Shown piece after piece: positions 20,216 to 30,016 of a DNA stretch of 64,000 nucleotides. Under the pieces are notes generated by a model, which saw only the letters and a program-made list of their open reading frames with translations, searched no databases and was not told the DNA's origin. The number at the start of each line of letters is the position of its first letter. Within the stretch, counting starts at the first letter, position 1. Source of the DNA: an uncultured delta proteobacterium. Lineage in GTDB: Bacteria; Desulfobacterota; Binatia; UBA9968. The stretch is from assembly GCA_963771465.1 (NCBI GenBank), contig CAVYTU010000015.1, positions 1,152,001 to 1,216,000 on the forward strand, read 5' to 3'. The position numbers were made by a program, and so were the translations under genes.

Positions 20216-21337
20216 ATGGACCTAGCACTCACCGAAGATCAGGAGATGTTGAAAAAAGTCGCGGCGGATTTCGTCAAAGCCGAAGTTCCGGCGCACCAAA
20301 TGACCCAGTGGTATAAAAATAAACAAACCTTCCAACCGCAGGTGATCAAGAAAGCCGCCGAGCTGGGCTGGCTCGGCATGATGTTGCCGGAAGAATTCGG
20401 CGGCGCCGGCGTTTCAACCATGGACTGCGCCGTGGTGTTCGAAGAACTCGGCCGCGGCCCAGTGCCCGGCCCGCTGTTCACATCGGGAGTCTTGAGCGCT
20501 CAGATGATCTACGAAGCCGGTACCGATGCGCAACGAAAGGCGCTGCTACCACCGTTGTGCGCCGGCGCGTCGATTGTCGTGCCCGCGCTGGTGGACAAAG
20601 CCGCCTATTGGGGACCGCAGGCGGTCGAGACGCGACTAAGCAAGACTCCGAGCGGCTACTTGATGAGCGGCGCCAAGCGCTTTGTCTTCGACGCCCAAGC
20701 CGCCAGCCATTTTCTCTGCGCCGCGCGCACGGAAGAAGGCAAAGTGGTTTTCTTGCTGGTCGATGCGAAAAGCCCCGGTATCACGGTCACACCGCACATT
20801 GGCTTTTTTGTTTCCGTCGCCGAAGTGAAGTTCGACAAGGTCGTCGTTGGCACGGAGAATCTGCTGGGATCGAGCGGCGCCAGCTGGGCGACTTTGGAAG
20901 CGGCGTTGGACAAATCGCTGCCGATACTTTCGGCTTACCAAGTCGGCGCCACTCAGGAAGTGTTCGACATCACTTGTGAGTACACCAATTCACGTGTCGT
21001 CTTCGGCCAACCCATCGGCCGCTTCCAGCGCGTGCAAGATCACTGCGTCGATATCTCGATCAATCTCGACACCGCGCGCTGGGCGACCTACGAAGCGATC
21101 TGGCGTATCGACAGCGGCATGGACGCGCGTGCCGGCGTACACGAAGCCAAGGCGACCGCCAGCGAGGGCTACTATCACGGGACTAACTACGCGCACATGG
21201 TTTGGGCCGGACCCGGCACCGACTACGGCCACCCGATGATGGCGCACAGCGTGTTGGCGCACACGCTTTATCAGTATCTCGGCACGCCTGGGCATCATAA
21301 GCGGCTCATGATGGATGCGCTCTATCCGCGCGCTTAG
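20216..21337 (+). CDS. Acyl-CoA dehydrogenase family protein (FadE28/ChsE1-like partner subunit)
   Basis: 'AELGWLGMMLPEEFGG', 'EELGRGPVPGP', 'SGAKRFV', 'RVVFGQPIGRFQRVQ'; lacks the TEP/GSD motif, as partner subunits do. Confidence 0.85.
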   Translation: MDLALTEDQEMLKKVAADFVKAEVPAHQMTQWYKNKQTFQPQVIKKAAELGWLGMMLPEEFGGAGVSTMDCAVVFEELGRGPVPGPLFTSGVLSAQMIYEAGTDAQRKALLPPLCAGASIVVPALVDKAAYWGPQAVETRLSKTPSGYLMSGAKRFVFDAQAASHFLCAARTEEGKVVFLLVDAKSPGITVTPHIGFFVSVAEVKFDKVVVGTENLLGSSGASWATLEAALDKSLPILSAYQVGATQEVFDITCEYTNSRVVFGQPIGRFQRVQDHCVDISINLDTARWATYEAIWRIDSGMDARAGVHEAKATASEGYYHGTNYAHMVWAGPGTDYGHPMMAHSVLAHTLYQYLGTPGHHKRLMMDALYPRA

Positions 21338-21347
21338 AACTGAATGG

Positions 21348-21427
21348 GTCGAGAATGGAGGATTGAGGATGGAAGATCGCGCTCTGTGATCCCAGCCATC
21401 CTCGATCCTCGATCATCAATCCTCGAC
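21348..21427. repeat. Heptamer (ATCCTCG-type) inverted tandem repeat, family A copy 2
   Basis: cgagaat-ggaggat-tgaggat-ggaagat ... atcctcg-atcctcg-atcatca-atcctcg; forms an imperfect ~80-bp palindrome. Confidence 0.8.
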
Positions 21428-21428
21428 C

Positions 21429-21722
21429 ACGCCGGTGGATTGGATCGAGACTTTCGATCCCATCGTGGTCACCATCAGCGGCATCGCACTTAGTTCCAAA
21501 GCGACAAATCCCAACACGGCCAAGCTGCTGATCAACTTCGCCACGTCGAGAAAAGGCCAAGAGATGATCCGCGAGATGCGCCGCATCCCGGCGCGCACCG
21601 ACGTCAAACCGGTGGCGGCGAAGATGGATCAAAGCAAACTCAAGTTGAAAGCCGTTCCCAAAGAGGTGTATTCAGGTCTCGACGAACATGCGCGCGAGTT
21701 CCGTAAAATATTTGGCATCTAA
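21429..21722 (+). pseudogene. C-terminal fragment of an Fe3+/thiamine-type ABC substrate-binding protein
   Basis: 'PVDWIETFDP...NPNTAKLLINF..SRKGQE' matches the C-terminal third of the SBPs at 35291 and 46786. The 5' part is absent and the fragment abuts the heptamer repeat. Confidence 0.7.
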
Positions 21723-21739
21723 CTAAAGGAGAGACAAAG

Positions 21740-22833
21740 ATGAAGCGGCACAGTTGGCGGCTGGCGGCGGCATTTTTGGCTTTTCGATTTTTTTCGAGAG
21801 CTACGGCGCGGCGCTCGCCGCCGAGAAACCTTCTCTCTATCAAGGCAAGACGCTCAACATCGTCATTAACTTCGCCGCCGGCGGGCCGACCGATATCGAA
21901 AGCCGGATTTTCGCCAAGCATTTATCCCGCCATATTCCGGGCAATCCGACGATTACAGTGCAAAACATGGGCGGCGGCGGCGGGATCACGGCCGCGAACT
22001 TTATCGGCGAAGTGGCTAAGCCGGACGGACTCACGGCGGCTTATTTCACCGGAAGCCTATTCCACCAGCAGCTCAAAGATCCTGGGTTGCGCGTCGATTT
22101 GAGCAAATTCGGATTCATCACCGGTGTGAACGGCGTTACCGTCTCCTACATTCGCGCCGACGTTGCACCGGGCATGAAAAAGCCCAGCGATTTTATCAAG
22201 GCACAAAAGTTTCGCGCCGCCGGACTCGGCGTGAGCAGCTCCAAGGACGTACGCTTTCGTCTGTCCTTCGATCTGCTCGGACTCAAGTACGATTACGTCA
22301 CCGGCTACAACAACAGCTCCGACGCGCGCCTCGCCGTGCAACGCGGCGAAGCGCAATATCACGATGAAACTCTTCCCAGTTACCGCACTCAGGTCGAGCC
22401 ACAAATGGTCAAAACCGGTATGGTCGTGCCGCTCTATTACACGGATCTGGTGGCGCCGAGCGGAGAAATATTGGTCAGCCGCGACGTGCCGGAGCTTTTG
22501 CCCTTCAGCTATTATTACCGAGAGCTGTTCGGCAAGCCGCCGTCGGGCATCAAATACGAAGCGCTCAAAGCCGCCAATATGTCGAGCACCAACATGACGC
22601 GGATGTTTTTGCTGCCGCCCAAAGCGCCGCCGGAGACGATCGCGATTCTGCGTAAGGCTTTCGAAGGGTTAGCGCGCGACCAGGATTTCTTGCAAGACGC
22701 CATCGGCGTCATGCGCTTTCAGCCGCGCTTCGAAGTCGGCGAAGCCGGCGAGAGGTTGTTTCAACGAGCATCAACGACATCCCCCGACGTGGTCAATTTT
22801 CTCCGCAAGTTCATTGAGGAAGCGAATAAATAG
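21740..22833 (+). CDS. Tripartite tricarboxylate transporter (Bug/TctC-like) substrate-binding protein; -1 frameshift in a T-run near 21783
   Basis: AAAGGAG RBS and ATG at 21740; 'YQGKTLNIVINFAAGGPTD', 'HIPGNPTITVQNMGGGGG', 'KPDGLT', 'LAVQRGE'. Confidence 0.8.
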
Positions 22834-22914
22834 TTTTCGTCCAAGGCGCGCGGCGCCTTCAGATGGTTCGCCCAATAAAGCAACGCGTGGTGCCAGTCAC
22901 CACCGCGCCGCTGA

Positions 22915-23040
22915 CTAACGTTCTTGATATATTCTGATCAACTCAGCAGCGAAGGTCTTGGGGGAAAAGGGTTTCTTGAAAACATGACAAGCGCCGAGGT
23001 CGATCAACTCGGCGCGCTCATCGGCAGTGAAAATGAAGGC
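22915..23040 (-). pseudogene. Possible response-regulator receiver-domain C-terminal remnant
   Basis: Minus strand reads 'FIFTADERAELIDLGACHVFKKPFSPKTFAAELIRIYQER*', resembling the receiver 'GA..y..KPF' end; no start codon. Confidence 0.35.
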
Positions 23041-23077
23041 GCCACACCGAAGCTCCGCCGAAGCTCGAACAGTCAGG

Positions 23078-23123
23078 AAAACGGCGATGGAGTCTCCTGG
23101 TCAATCTCCGAAGACTCCATCGC
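23078..23123 (-). terminator. Putative intrinsic terminator
   Basis: 12-bp perfect stem gcgatggagtct/agactccatcgc with a 16-nt loop, followed by cgtttt on the minus strand, just after the reconstructed stop at 23135. Confidence 0.55.
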
Positions 23124-23134
23124 GGTTGACGACT

Positions 23135-24444
23135 CTAACGAACAGGCAGGGGCAGACCGGGAATGGTTAGCTCTTGGTCCATGCAAGAGATTTTCCCCAA
23201 CGGAATTGGACCATCTTGAACCGCTCCGCCATTGACTTCGCCAGCGCTGCGGGGCGAATTATCCCGCCTGTCCCCATCGGACATCGATGTGCAAAATACC
23301 TTGCCGCTCAGAACGGACTGGTTGGAAATTCCAGAATATGATTATTTCCCACCGATAAGTTTCCCGCGTTCCTGAGCCCAACTCCCGTCGGTGAGTTAAC
23401 TGGGGTGCGGAAAATTTCAATTACTTTTCTTTCCGCGGTAACCACGGCTACCGCATTGCGCTCATTGGCATCTACCCAGATATTCCCCTCTCGATCGAGA
23501 GCGATGCCGTCGCCACCCTCCAGAATCGGATGAGCGACAAAGATATTGCTGAGGCACAGTGTATTTGCCGTGAATGTGGTATCGCAGCCGGTTGGACTCT
23601 TGAGGCTTCCATTGTGGTCGAACTCTATTTTCCAGAGCGCTCCCCGAGCGGTATCTATATTGAAGAGATCGCCCTTCTTATTGAAGGCTAAACCGTTGGC
23701 CACAAGCGGCTGGGAACCCAATGTGTTGGCGGCATTGCGAGACGTCGGTGTCACCGTGATCGTGCCTAGCGGCAACGCACGGTTATCCCGCCCGACGCCA
23801 CCGATTCCATTGACATCAAGATTGACCTCGTTCGCCATTGGCTGGATGCGAAAGACCTCTTCACAATTAACCGCCGGCGTGGAACTGCAGTTCGCACCGG
23901 GGCCGGTGATCTTCCACACTCTGCCCCGCCCTGTCGTGCCATCGCTCGCCCAGAGGTTTCCCTTCACGTCGAAGGCAAGGCCGTTGGCGCCCGGCGTACC
24001 GGTGGCAAATGGCACGGTAACGATCGGTGGATTAACGGTGTTCGGCGTAAAGCTGTAGATTCTCTGCGCCCCTCCGTCGGCTACAAACAAATCGCCTATA
24101 TCGTTGAAAGCAATGCCGGCAAAACCGCAGTTTCCCGACGCAGGTCGAATGAATCCAACAGGGATCAAAGTTGGCTTATTAAGATTGATTTTCCAAACCG
24201 GGCAGTCCGGCGTTCCGGAACCCCCGGTATATAGATTACCGTGACTGTCACCGGTCAGTCCTTCAAGGGCGCGTGGGGTGGTGATCAGAGTTGTGAAAGT
24301 GGCATTTTGCGGCAACGACCTTCCATGATCGTCATTGTCTCCCCAAGCCGAGCTCTGCAGGCCTGGAACAATTTTAGGCGCGAACAAAAAAGAGGCAGCC
24401 GTAATGAGCAGAAACACTACTAGAGCAGTCGATCGTGACTTCAT
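23135..24444 (-). CDS. Secreted beta-propeller protein (SMP-30/gluconolactonase/NHL-like); -1 frameshift near 23312
   Basis: Signal peptide; blades 'EGLTGD..GNLY', 'GIAFND.GDLFVAD', 'ANGLAFD..GNLW', 'GDGIALDREGNIW'. Adding one base extends 'FPTSPF' with 'LSGKVFCTSMSDGDRRDNSPRSAGEV...LPLPVR*'. Confidence 0.75.
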
Positions 24445-24733
24445 AATTTATCCTCCGAGTTACGTCGTGTGCTATTTAACCTAATCGCATCGCCGCAACA
24501 AGCCGTGGAGTATCAGGCGATGAGAGTTGTCTTGAAAGCGTCGGCCAGCCCGCTGACGTTCCGGATCCCGCTTGGTGAGCAGCTCGAACCGCTCAGAGCA
24601 TGGCGTAATAACGGACTACGGATAGGCGATTAACTTAACGCAGCGATCTGCGGGGAGTTCGACCCGCGGAGATTGAAACAGTGAACCAGAACGCGCGCTC
24701 GCGATCGCCACCCGACGTGCTCCGCACATACGC

Positions 24734-24773
24734 GAGCGGCGGCGAGAAAGTCTAGACTTTCTCGCCGCCGCTC
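24734..24773. repeat. Perfect 40-bp palindrome
   Basis: gagcggcggcgagaaagtct|agactttctcgccgccgctc, centred on TCTAGA, downstream of the CHRD gene. Confidence 0.85.
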
Positions 24774-24805
24774 TCTCATCGGTTTCAAGTGACCCTTTCC
24801 GCGCG

Positions 24806-25404
24806 CTAGTCGCGATCTCGCTTCGTCTGAATTTGTCCGCGAATTTCGCCGGGTGTAAACGTCCTGAGTGCACATTCGCGTAGGTGGCTCCCGCGCGAAG
24901 CGCACGGACGATTTCATCGAACTCTCCAGCATCGATGCCCTGGGCGGTTTGCGCGAGCACCTGGGCTGCTACAATGGTCCCAGTCACTTTGCCGCTTCTA
25001 AGACCGGGACAGAAGGGCGTGGCAGCCGCGACTGCCGCTGGAGCGAGGGTCCCGGGAGTTTGGCACAGCCAAATTACGATGCCACCGACGGTGTGACGTT
25101 GGCCAAAATGAATATGGGACTGGGTGATGTCTGACTCAAGTCCCTCATAAGTAAGCTCGTAGCCGATCGTGCTGGTGGAATTGTCTAGCGTAGCCTTGAA
25201 CGATCCCTTTGCGACACTTGAGATCGCGCCACGTAGAGTCGCCGGCGGCCCGGCATTGAAATGAACCTCGTTGAAGCTTGAGAGCCGCGTCGAGAAACGT
25301 TCGTGACGGTTACCTTTATCTTTATCTTTATCGTCCGAGTAAACATTCCCGCTCGCCAATATTAAAATCCCCAACGCACAGGCTGCGGCCAATTTATTTT
25401 TCAT
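24806..25404 (-). CDS. Secreted CHRD-domain protein; -1 frameshift near 24863
   Basis: GAGGAG RBS, signal peptide, 'LSSFNEV', 'ITQSHIHFG', 'TYANVHS'; the shifted frame gives the CHRD signature 'PGEIRGQI'. Confidence 0.82.
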
Positions 25405-25641
25405 GATACTCCTCCTCGAGTTTGTAGTAGTTGTTAATCTCACCTACACCAAAGTCCGGCCAGAGCGATACCAACTACGCAGACTTCCCGCAAGCCCCAT
25501 TTGGGTCAGTTGATTGCTTCCTCTTTTAGGCGCAACGGCTGCGCCGCGCATTGACTCACTTCAATTCACCGTGTTATCCGAGCGGGAGAGGTGCGCGTCG
25601 GTAGCAGGGTATACCGAGGAACGCCAAGGGAGACTGCCGAC

Positions 25642-26691
25642 TTGATTCATGCTGTATCCGTCCTATTGGGCGTATTGCTCCTCTTACCTAGTCAACTCAT
25701 CGCCCAGGCGCGCAAGCCGGCAACCATCTCTGAAATCTCCACCTACATGGGCGCCGATCGCGAGCAGCTGCTTTATACCGGCGCCAAGAGCGAAGGCGTG
25801 GTCAACTGGTACACCTCGCTGGCGGGCGACTCATACAAAGCGCTATCGCGCGCCTTCGAAGCGAAATACCCCGGCGTGCGCGTCGAAGCTTTTCGCGCCG
25901 GCGGCAGCGATCTGGTGACGCGCATGTCGGAGGAAACCAAAGCGCGCCGACCGACCATGGACGCGCTGGAAACCACCTACGATTTCATGATGGTGTCGAA
26001 AGCATATGGTTTGACTCGACCGTACAATTCACCAATGCTCGTCGCATACCCCAGTGAGTCGAAAGAAAAGGCCGACGCCGGGCTGACTTTCTGGACAATT
26101 TTTCGCGAGTCTTACATGGGCTTCGGTTTCAGCAAGGACCAAGTTCCGGCCAATGCAGTGCCGAAAGGTTTCGACGGCCTGCTCCATCCGCAGCTTAAAG
26201 ATAAAATGGGCATCACGCTCAACGAAAGCTCGACGCGCATGATCGGCGCGATAATAAAAATCAAAGGCGAAGCCTTCGTCAAAAAACTCAAGGCGCAAAG
26301 CATTCGTGTCTACACCGTCAGCAGCGCCGCGCTGGTCGATCTCATGGCGTCGGGCGAGCTCGGCGCGTCCTTTCACATCTACAGAAATCACGCCATGGTC
26401 TCGGCCGAACGCGGCTCGCCCGCAAGTTGGGTGCCGATGGAGTTGGTGCCGACCAACTCGGGGTGTGTCGCGCTCAGCGCTCAGCCGCCGCATTCGCACG
26501 CGGCGACCTTGTTGGTCGATTTCCTGCTCGGCGCCGAAGCGCGCAAGGTGTTGGAGAAATTCCAATACGGTCATCCGTCCAATAACCTGCCGTTCAAACG
26601 TTGGCACCCCGGCTTCGGCCGCACTCTCGAACAATTTGAGAAAGACAGCGAGAAGTGGGAAAAACTCGCTAAGGAAATCACCCAGCGCTGA
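25642..26691 (+). CDS. ABC substrate-binding protein, Fe3+/thiamine-type (tandem paralog 1)
   Basis: 'GAKSEGVVNWYTS', 'FEAKYPGV', 'LLHPQLK', 'PPHSHAATLLVDFLLG'. TTG start after GGGAGA preferred over 25591. Confidence 0.82.
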   Translation: MIHAVSVLLGVLLLLPSQLIAQARKPATISEISTYMGADREQLLYTGAKSEGVVNWYTSLAGDSYKALSRAFEAKYPGVRVEAFRAGGSDLVTRMSEETKARRPTMDALETTYDFMMVSKAYGLTRPYNSPMLVAYPSESKEKADAGLTFWTIFRESYMGFGFSKDQVPANAVPKGFDGLLHPQLKDKMGITLNESSTRMIGAIIKIKGEAFVKKLKAQSIRVYTVSSAALVDLMASGELGASFHIYRNHAMVSAERGSPASWVPMELVPTNSGCVALSAQPPHSHAATLLVDFLLGAEARKVLEKFQYGHPSNNLPFKRWHPGFGRTLEQFEKDSEKWEKLAKEITQR

Positions 26692-26714
26692 AAGCACCAA
26701 AGGAGACTGTCGCG

Positions 26715-27779
26715 ATGCTGTTTATAGTATTGGCCGTATCCGTCCTGTCAGTCGGATCAGTCCTATCGCCCACGCAGCTTCTCGCCCAAGCGCGCAAGCC
26801 GATGACGATCTCCGAGCTGGTCACTTACAACGCCAAGGACCGCGAGCAAGTCCTCTACTCAGGCGCCAAGGGCGAAGGCAAAGTGACCTGGTACACTTCC
26901 CTCGCCGGCGAGAGTTACAAAGGGATGGCGAAAGCCTTCGAGGGAAAATATCCCGGCGTCAAACTCGAAGCCTACCGCGTCTCCGGCTCCGAGATGACCG
27001 TTCGATTGATGGAGGAGTCCAAGGCCAGGCGTTACATCGCCGACACGGTGGAAACCACCGAAGGCAATTTGATGTTCATGCGCGACGCGTTTTTGCTCCG
27101 CCCCTATCACTCGCCGCACTTCGCTTCCTACCCCGAAGACGCCAAGGAAAAAGGCGAGCGCGGCTTGTACTTCTGGGGCATCGCGCGGGAGTCGTATATT
27201 GGCTTTGCGTACAACAAAAAATTGCTGTCGAAAAACGCCGTGCCGAAAAACTATGAAGGCCTGCTCCATCCCGAGCTCAAAGGCCGTATGGGCGTGTCGG
27301 TGAGCGATCCGGCTTTTAAAGTCATCGGCGCGATGATTCGCACCAAGGGACAAGAGTTCGTGAAAAAACTGAAAGTCCAAGAAATCGCCCTGCATACGAT
27401 CATCCCGCCGGCGCTCTTAGAATTGATCGCTTCCGGTGAAGTGCTGGCGTCGCCGGGGATTTTTCGCAACCACACGCTGAATGCGATCGCCAAAGGCGCG
27501 CCGGTGGAATGGCTGCCGATGGATATCGTGCCGACCAACGTCGGCGGCGCCGCCATCGCGGTCCAGCCGCCCCATCCGCACGGCGCGTTGCTCTTGGCGG
27601 ATTATCTCTTGGGACCGGAAGGCCAAGCCGTGCTGGAAAAGTTCGACTACGGCAGCGCGGCGAAAAATCTCGGCTTCAAACGCTGGCGTCCAGACCATGG
27701 CATCGCCACCGAGAAATACGAAAAAGATCTTGAACACTGGGAAAAGCTCCTGAAAGAAATCAGCCGCAAGGGCGCATAG
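26715..27779 (+). CDS. ABC substrate-binding protein, Fe3+/thiamine-type (tandem paralog 2)
   Basis: Signal peptide; 'GAKGEGKVTWYTS', 'GAPVEW', 'PPHPHGALLLADYLLG'. Confidence 0.85.
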   Translation: MLFIVLAVSVLSVGSVLSPTQLLAQARKPMTISELVTYNAKDREQVLYSGAKGEGKVTWYTSLAGESYKGMAKAFEGKYPGVKLEAYRVSGSEMTVRLMEESKARRYIADTVETTEGNLMFMRDAFLLRPYHSPHFASYPEDAKEKGERGLYFWGIARESYIGFAYNKKLLSKNAVPKNYEGLLHPELKGRMGVSVSDPAFKVIGAMIRTKGQEFVKKLKVQEIALHTIIPPALLELIASGEVLASPGIFRNHTLNAIAKGAPVEWLPMDIVPTNVGGAAIAVQPPHPHGALLLADYLLGPEGQAVLEKFDYGSAAKNLGFKRWRPDHGIATEKYEKDLEHWEKLLKEISRKGA

Positions 27780-27842
27780 TCGTATCATCGCTTGTCAGCG
27801 CGACAATCACGCGATAAAAGTTTTTGCAGGAGACTCACATCG

Positions 27843-28898
27843 ATGCAACTATTGTTTTACGTTCTAGTTGTCCTATCAGCGCTATTCCCAAGCCAGCTCA
27901 TCGCCCAAGCGCGCAAATCGATGACGATCTCCGAGCTGGTCACTTACACCGGCAAAGACCGCGAGCAAGTGCTCTACACCGGCGCTAAGAGCGAAGGCAA
28001 AGTGACCTGGTATACATCCCTCGCCGGCGACTCGTACAAAGGCATGATCAAAGCCTTCGAGACGAAATATGCCGGCGTCAAAGTCGAAGCCTACCGCACC
28101 AACGGCGGCGACATCACCCAGCGCATGGTCGAAGAAGCGAAAGCCAGGCGGCAGATCGTCGATACCATCGAGACCACGGAACCCAACCTCATGTTTCAGC
28201 GCGATGCATTTCTGCTGCGGCCGTATCACTCGCCGCACTTCGCCGCCTATCCCGATGACGCCAAGCATAAAGGCGAACGCGGTTTATATTTCTGGGCGAC
28301 CGCTAGAGAATCCTATATCGGCTTTGCCTACAACAAAAATCTTTTGCCCAAGGAAGCGATTCCGAAAAACTACGAAGGTCTGCTCCACCCGGCGCTCAAA
28401 GGTAGAATGGGGCTCACCGTCGACGACACCAGCACCAAAGTCATCGCCGCGATTCTCAAGATCAAAGGACCCGAGCTGGTAAAGAAGTTGAAAGGCCAGG
28501 AGATCAGTCTACACACGATTATCCCGCCGGCGCTGCTTGAACTGATCGGTTCCGGCGAAGTCTTAGCCGGCGCCGCTATCTTTCGCAATCACGTCATCGT
28601 GGCCCAGCAAAAGGGCGCGCCGGTGGAGTGGGTGCCGATGGACATCGTGCCGACCAACGTCGGCGGCGCCGCCATCGCCGTGCAGCCGCCGCATCCCCAC
28701 GGCGCGCTGCTATTCGCGGATTATTTGCTCGGACCGGAAGGACAAGGAATCTTGGAAAAATATCACTACGGCAACGGCGCGAAAAACTACGGCTTTAAAA
28801 AATGGCGCCCTGAACACGGCATGCCGCTGGACAAGTACGAGAAGGAACTCGAACGCTGGGAAAAACTTCTTAAAGAAACCGGGCGTAGGGGCGCATAG
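27843..28898 (+). CDS. ABC substrate-binding protein, Fe3+/thiamine-type (tandem paralog 3)
   Basis: Highly similar to paralog 2 in protein and DNA; AGGAG RBS before the ATG at 27843. Confidence 0.85.
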   Translation: MQLLFYVLVVLSALFPSQLIAQARKSMTISELVTYTGKDREQVLYTGAKSEGKVTWYTSLAGDSYKGMIKAFETKYAGVKVEAYRTNGGDITQRMVEEAKARRQIVDTIETTEPNLMFQRDAFLLRPYHSPHFAAYPDDAKHKGERGLYFWATARESYIGFAYNKNLLPKEAIPKNYEGLLHPALKGRMGLTVDDTSTKVIAAILKIKGPELVKKLKGQEISLHTIIPPALLELIGSGEVLAGAAIFRNHVIVAQQKGAPVEWVPMDIVPTNVGGAAIAVQPPHPHGALLFADYLLGPEGQGILEKYHYGNGAKNYGFKKWRPEHGMPLDKYEKELERWEKLLKETGRRGA

Positions 28899-28999
28899 TA
28901 ATTCTAAATCGGTTGGCAGAGGCGCCAGTCACCTATTACATTCGCGCCATTACAACTACACAACTTTCTTACTCAGGTCTTTTGCCGCGCGCCTCATGC

Positions 29000-30004
29000 C
29001 TACTTCCCTTCATATAACTTCTTGATAAATCCGCTCTTCTCCAACTCGGCGACGAAGCTCGTATCGACGAATTCCTCCGCCTTGTGACCGCGGATGTCCG
29101 CCCGGCGGTGCGCGACAATCTCGTAGATCGCGTCCAATCCTTTGGTGATCGGATAGGGCGCCGAAATGAAATCTTGCTTGTGAATGACATAAGCACCTTC
29201 GAGATACTCCGGATCGTTGGTGCGCAAGTATTTGGCAAGAACCTGTTTGCTCGCCTCTTTGTTGTTTTTCAAAAAGGCGATGCCTTCGACGAAGGAACGC
29301 ACATAGCGCGCCACCGTGTCGCGCTCTTCGCGAATCGTTTTGCGCCGGGTCACCACCGACGCCGTCGGGTAAACGATTTCCTTCTTGGCATCGAGCAACG
29401 GGCGAAAACCTTTGCGCTCCGCCTGAACGTCCGCCGGATAGGAAAGATCGGCGGCATCCACCGAACCATTATAAAGCGCCTGGACGCGCTCGGCGGTGTT
29501 GCCTACCGCGAGCCAATAGACATCGCGGACGGTGTCGATGCCGTACTTGCGCAGCACGTAACCGAAGAGCAAGTCGCCGGCCGATCCCAAACTAGATATG
29601 CCGATTTTTTTGCCTTTGAGATCTTCGACTTTGCGAATCTCCGGTTTCACCATCAATCGGCTGCCCTGAACGCCGATGCCATGAGCGACGTTCACCAGAT
29701 CGGCGCCGTTGAGCACTGCGAGCATCACTTGCGGCAGCGCCACCGACGCGGCGAATAAACTGCCGGACAACATCGCCTGCGAAGTCTGGCCTGAACCGCG
29801 CAGCAAAACCGGTTCTACGTCGAGCCCGTTCTTTTCGAAAATCTTCGCTTCCTTGGAAATCCAGGGAATCCATAACGTCGGCGACAATGTCGACACGCCC
29901 CAATAGATTTTCTTGAGTGGCTTGTCCTGCGCGAAGCCTTGGGTTGCCAAAGCCAACACGGAGATCAACAATATGAGATAAGTATTTCGCCAAATTTGCG
30001 CCAT
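29000..30004 (-). CDS. ABC substrate-binding protein, SsuA/NMT1-like
   Basis: AAGGAG RBS; 'IFEKNGLDVE', 'DLKGKKIGISSLGS', 'FVDTSFVAELEKSGFIKKLY'. Confidence 0.85.
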   Translation of the reverse strand: MAQIWRNTYLILLISVLALATQGFAQDKPLKKIYWGVSTLSPTLWIPWISKEAKIFEKNGLDVEPVLLRGSGQTSQAMLSGSLFAASVALPQVMLAVLNGADLVNVAHGIGVQGSRLMVKPEIRKVEDLKGKKIGISSLGSAGDLLFGYVLRKYGIDTVRDVYWLAVGNTAERVQALYNGSVDAADLSYPADVQAERKGFRPLLDAKKEIVYPTASVVTRRKTIREERDTVARYVRSFVEGIAFLKNNKEASKQVLAKYLRTNDPEYLEGAYVIHKQDFISAPYPITKGLDAIYEIVAHRRADIRGHKAEEFVDTSFVAELEKSGFIKKLYEGK

Positions 30005-30016
30005 CTGCACTCCTTG

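Noticed and set aside
22924-23235. 103-aa plus-strand ORF
   Set aside because: Antisense to the reconstructed propeller C-terminus, its terminator-like hairpin and the receiver remnant; no RBS or motif.
23308-23310. Selenocysteine or readthrough at the TGA ending the propeller ORF
   Set aside because: The plausible continuation is in a different frame, so an indel explains it.
25551-25641. Riboswitch upstream of the SBP triplet
   Set aside because: A gtcggtag/ctgccgac stem brackets the RBS, but no conserved SAM, TPP, B12 or FMN motifs are recognisable.
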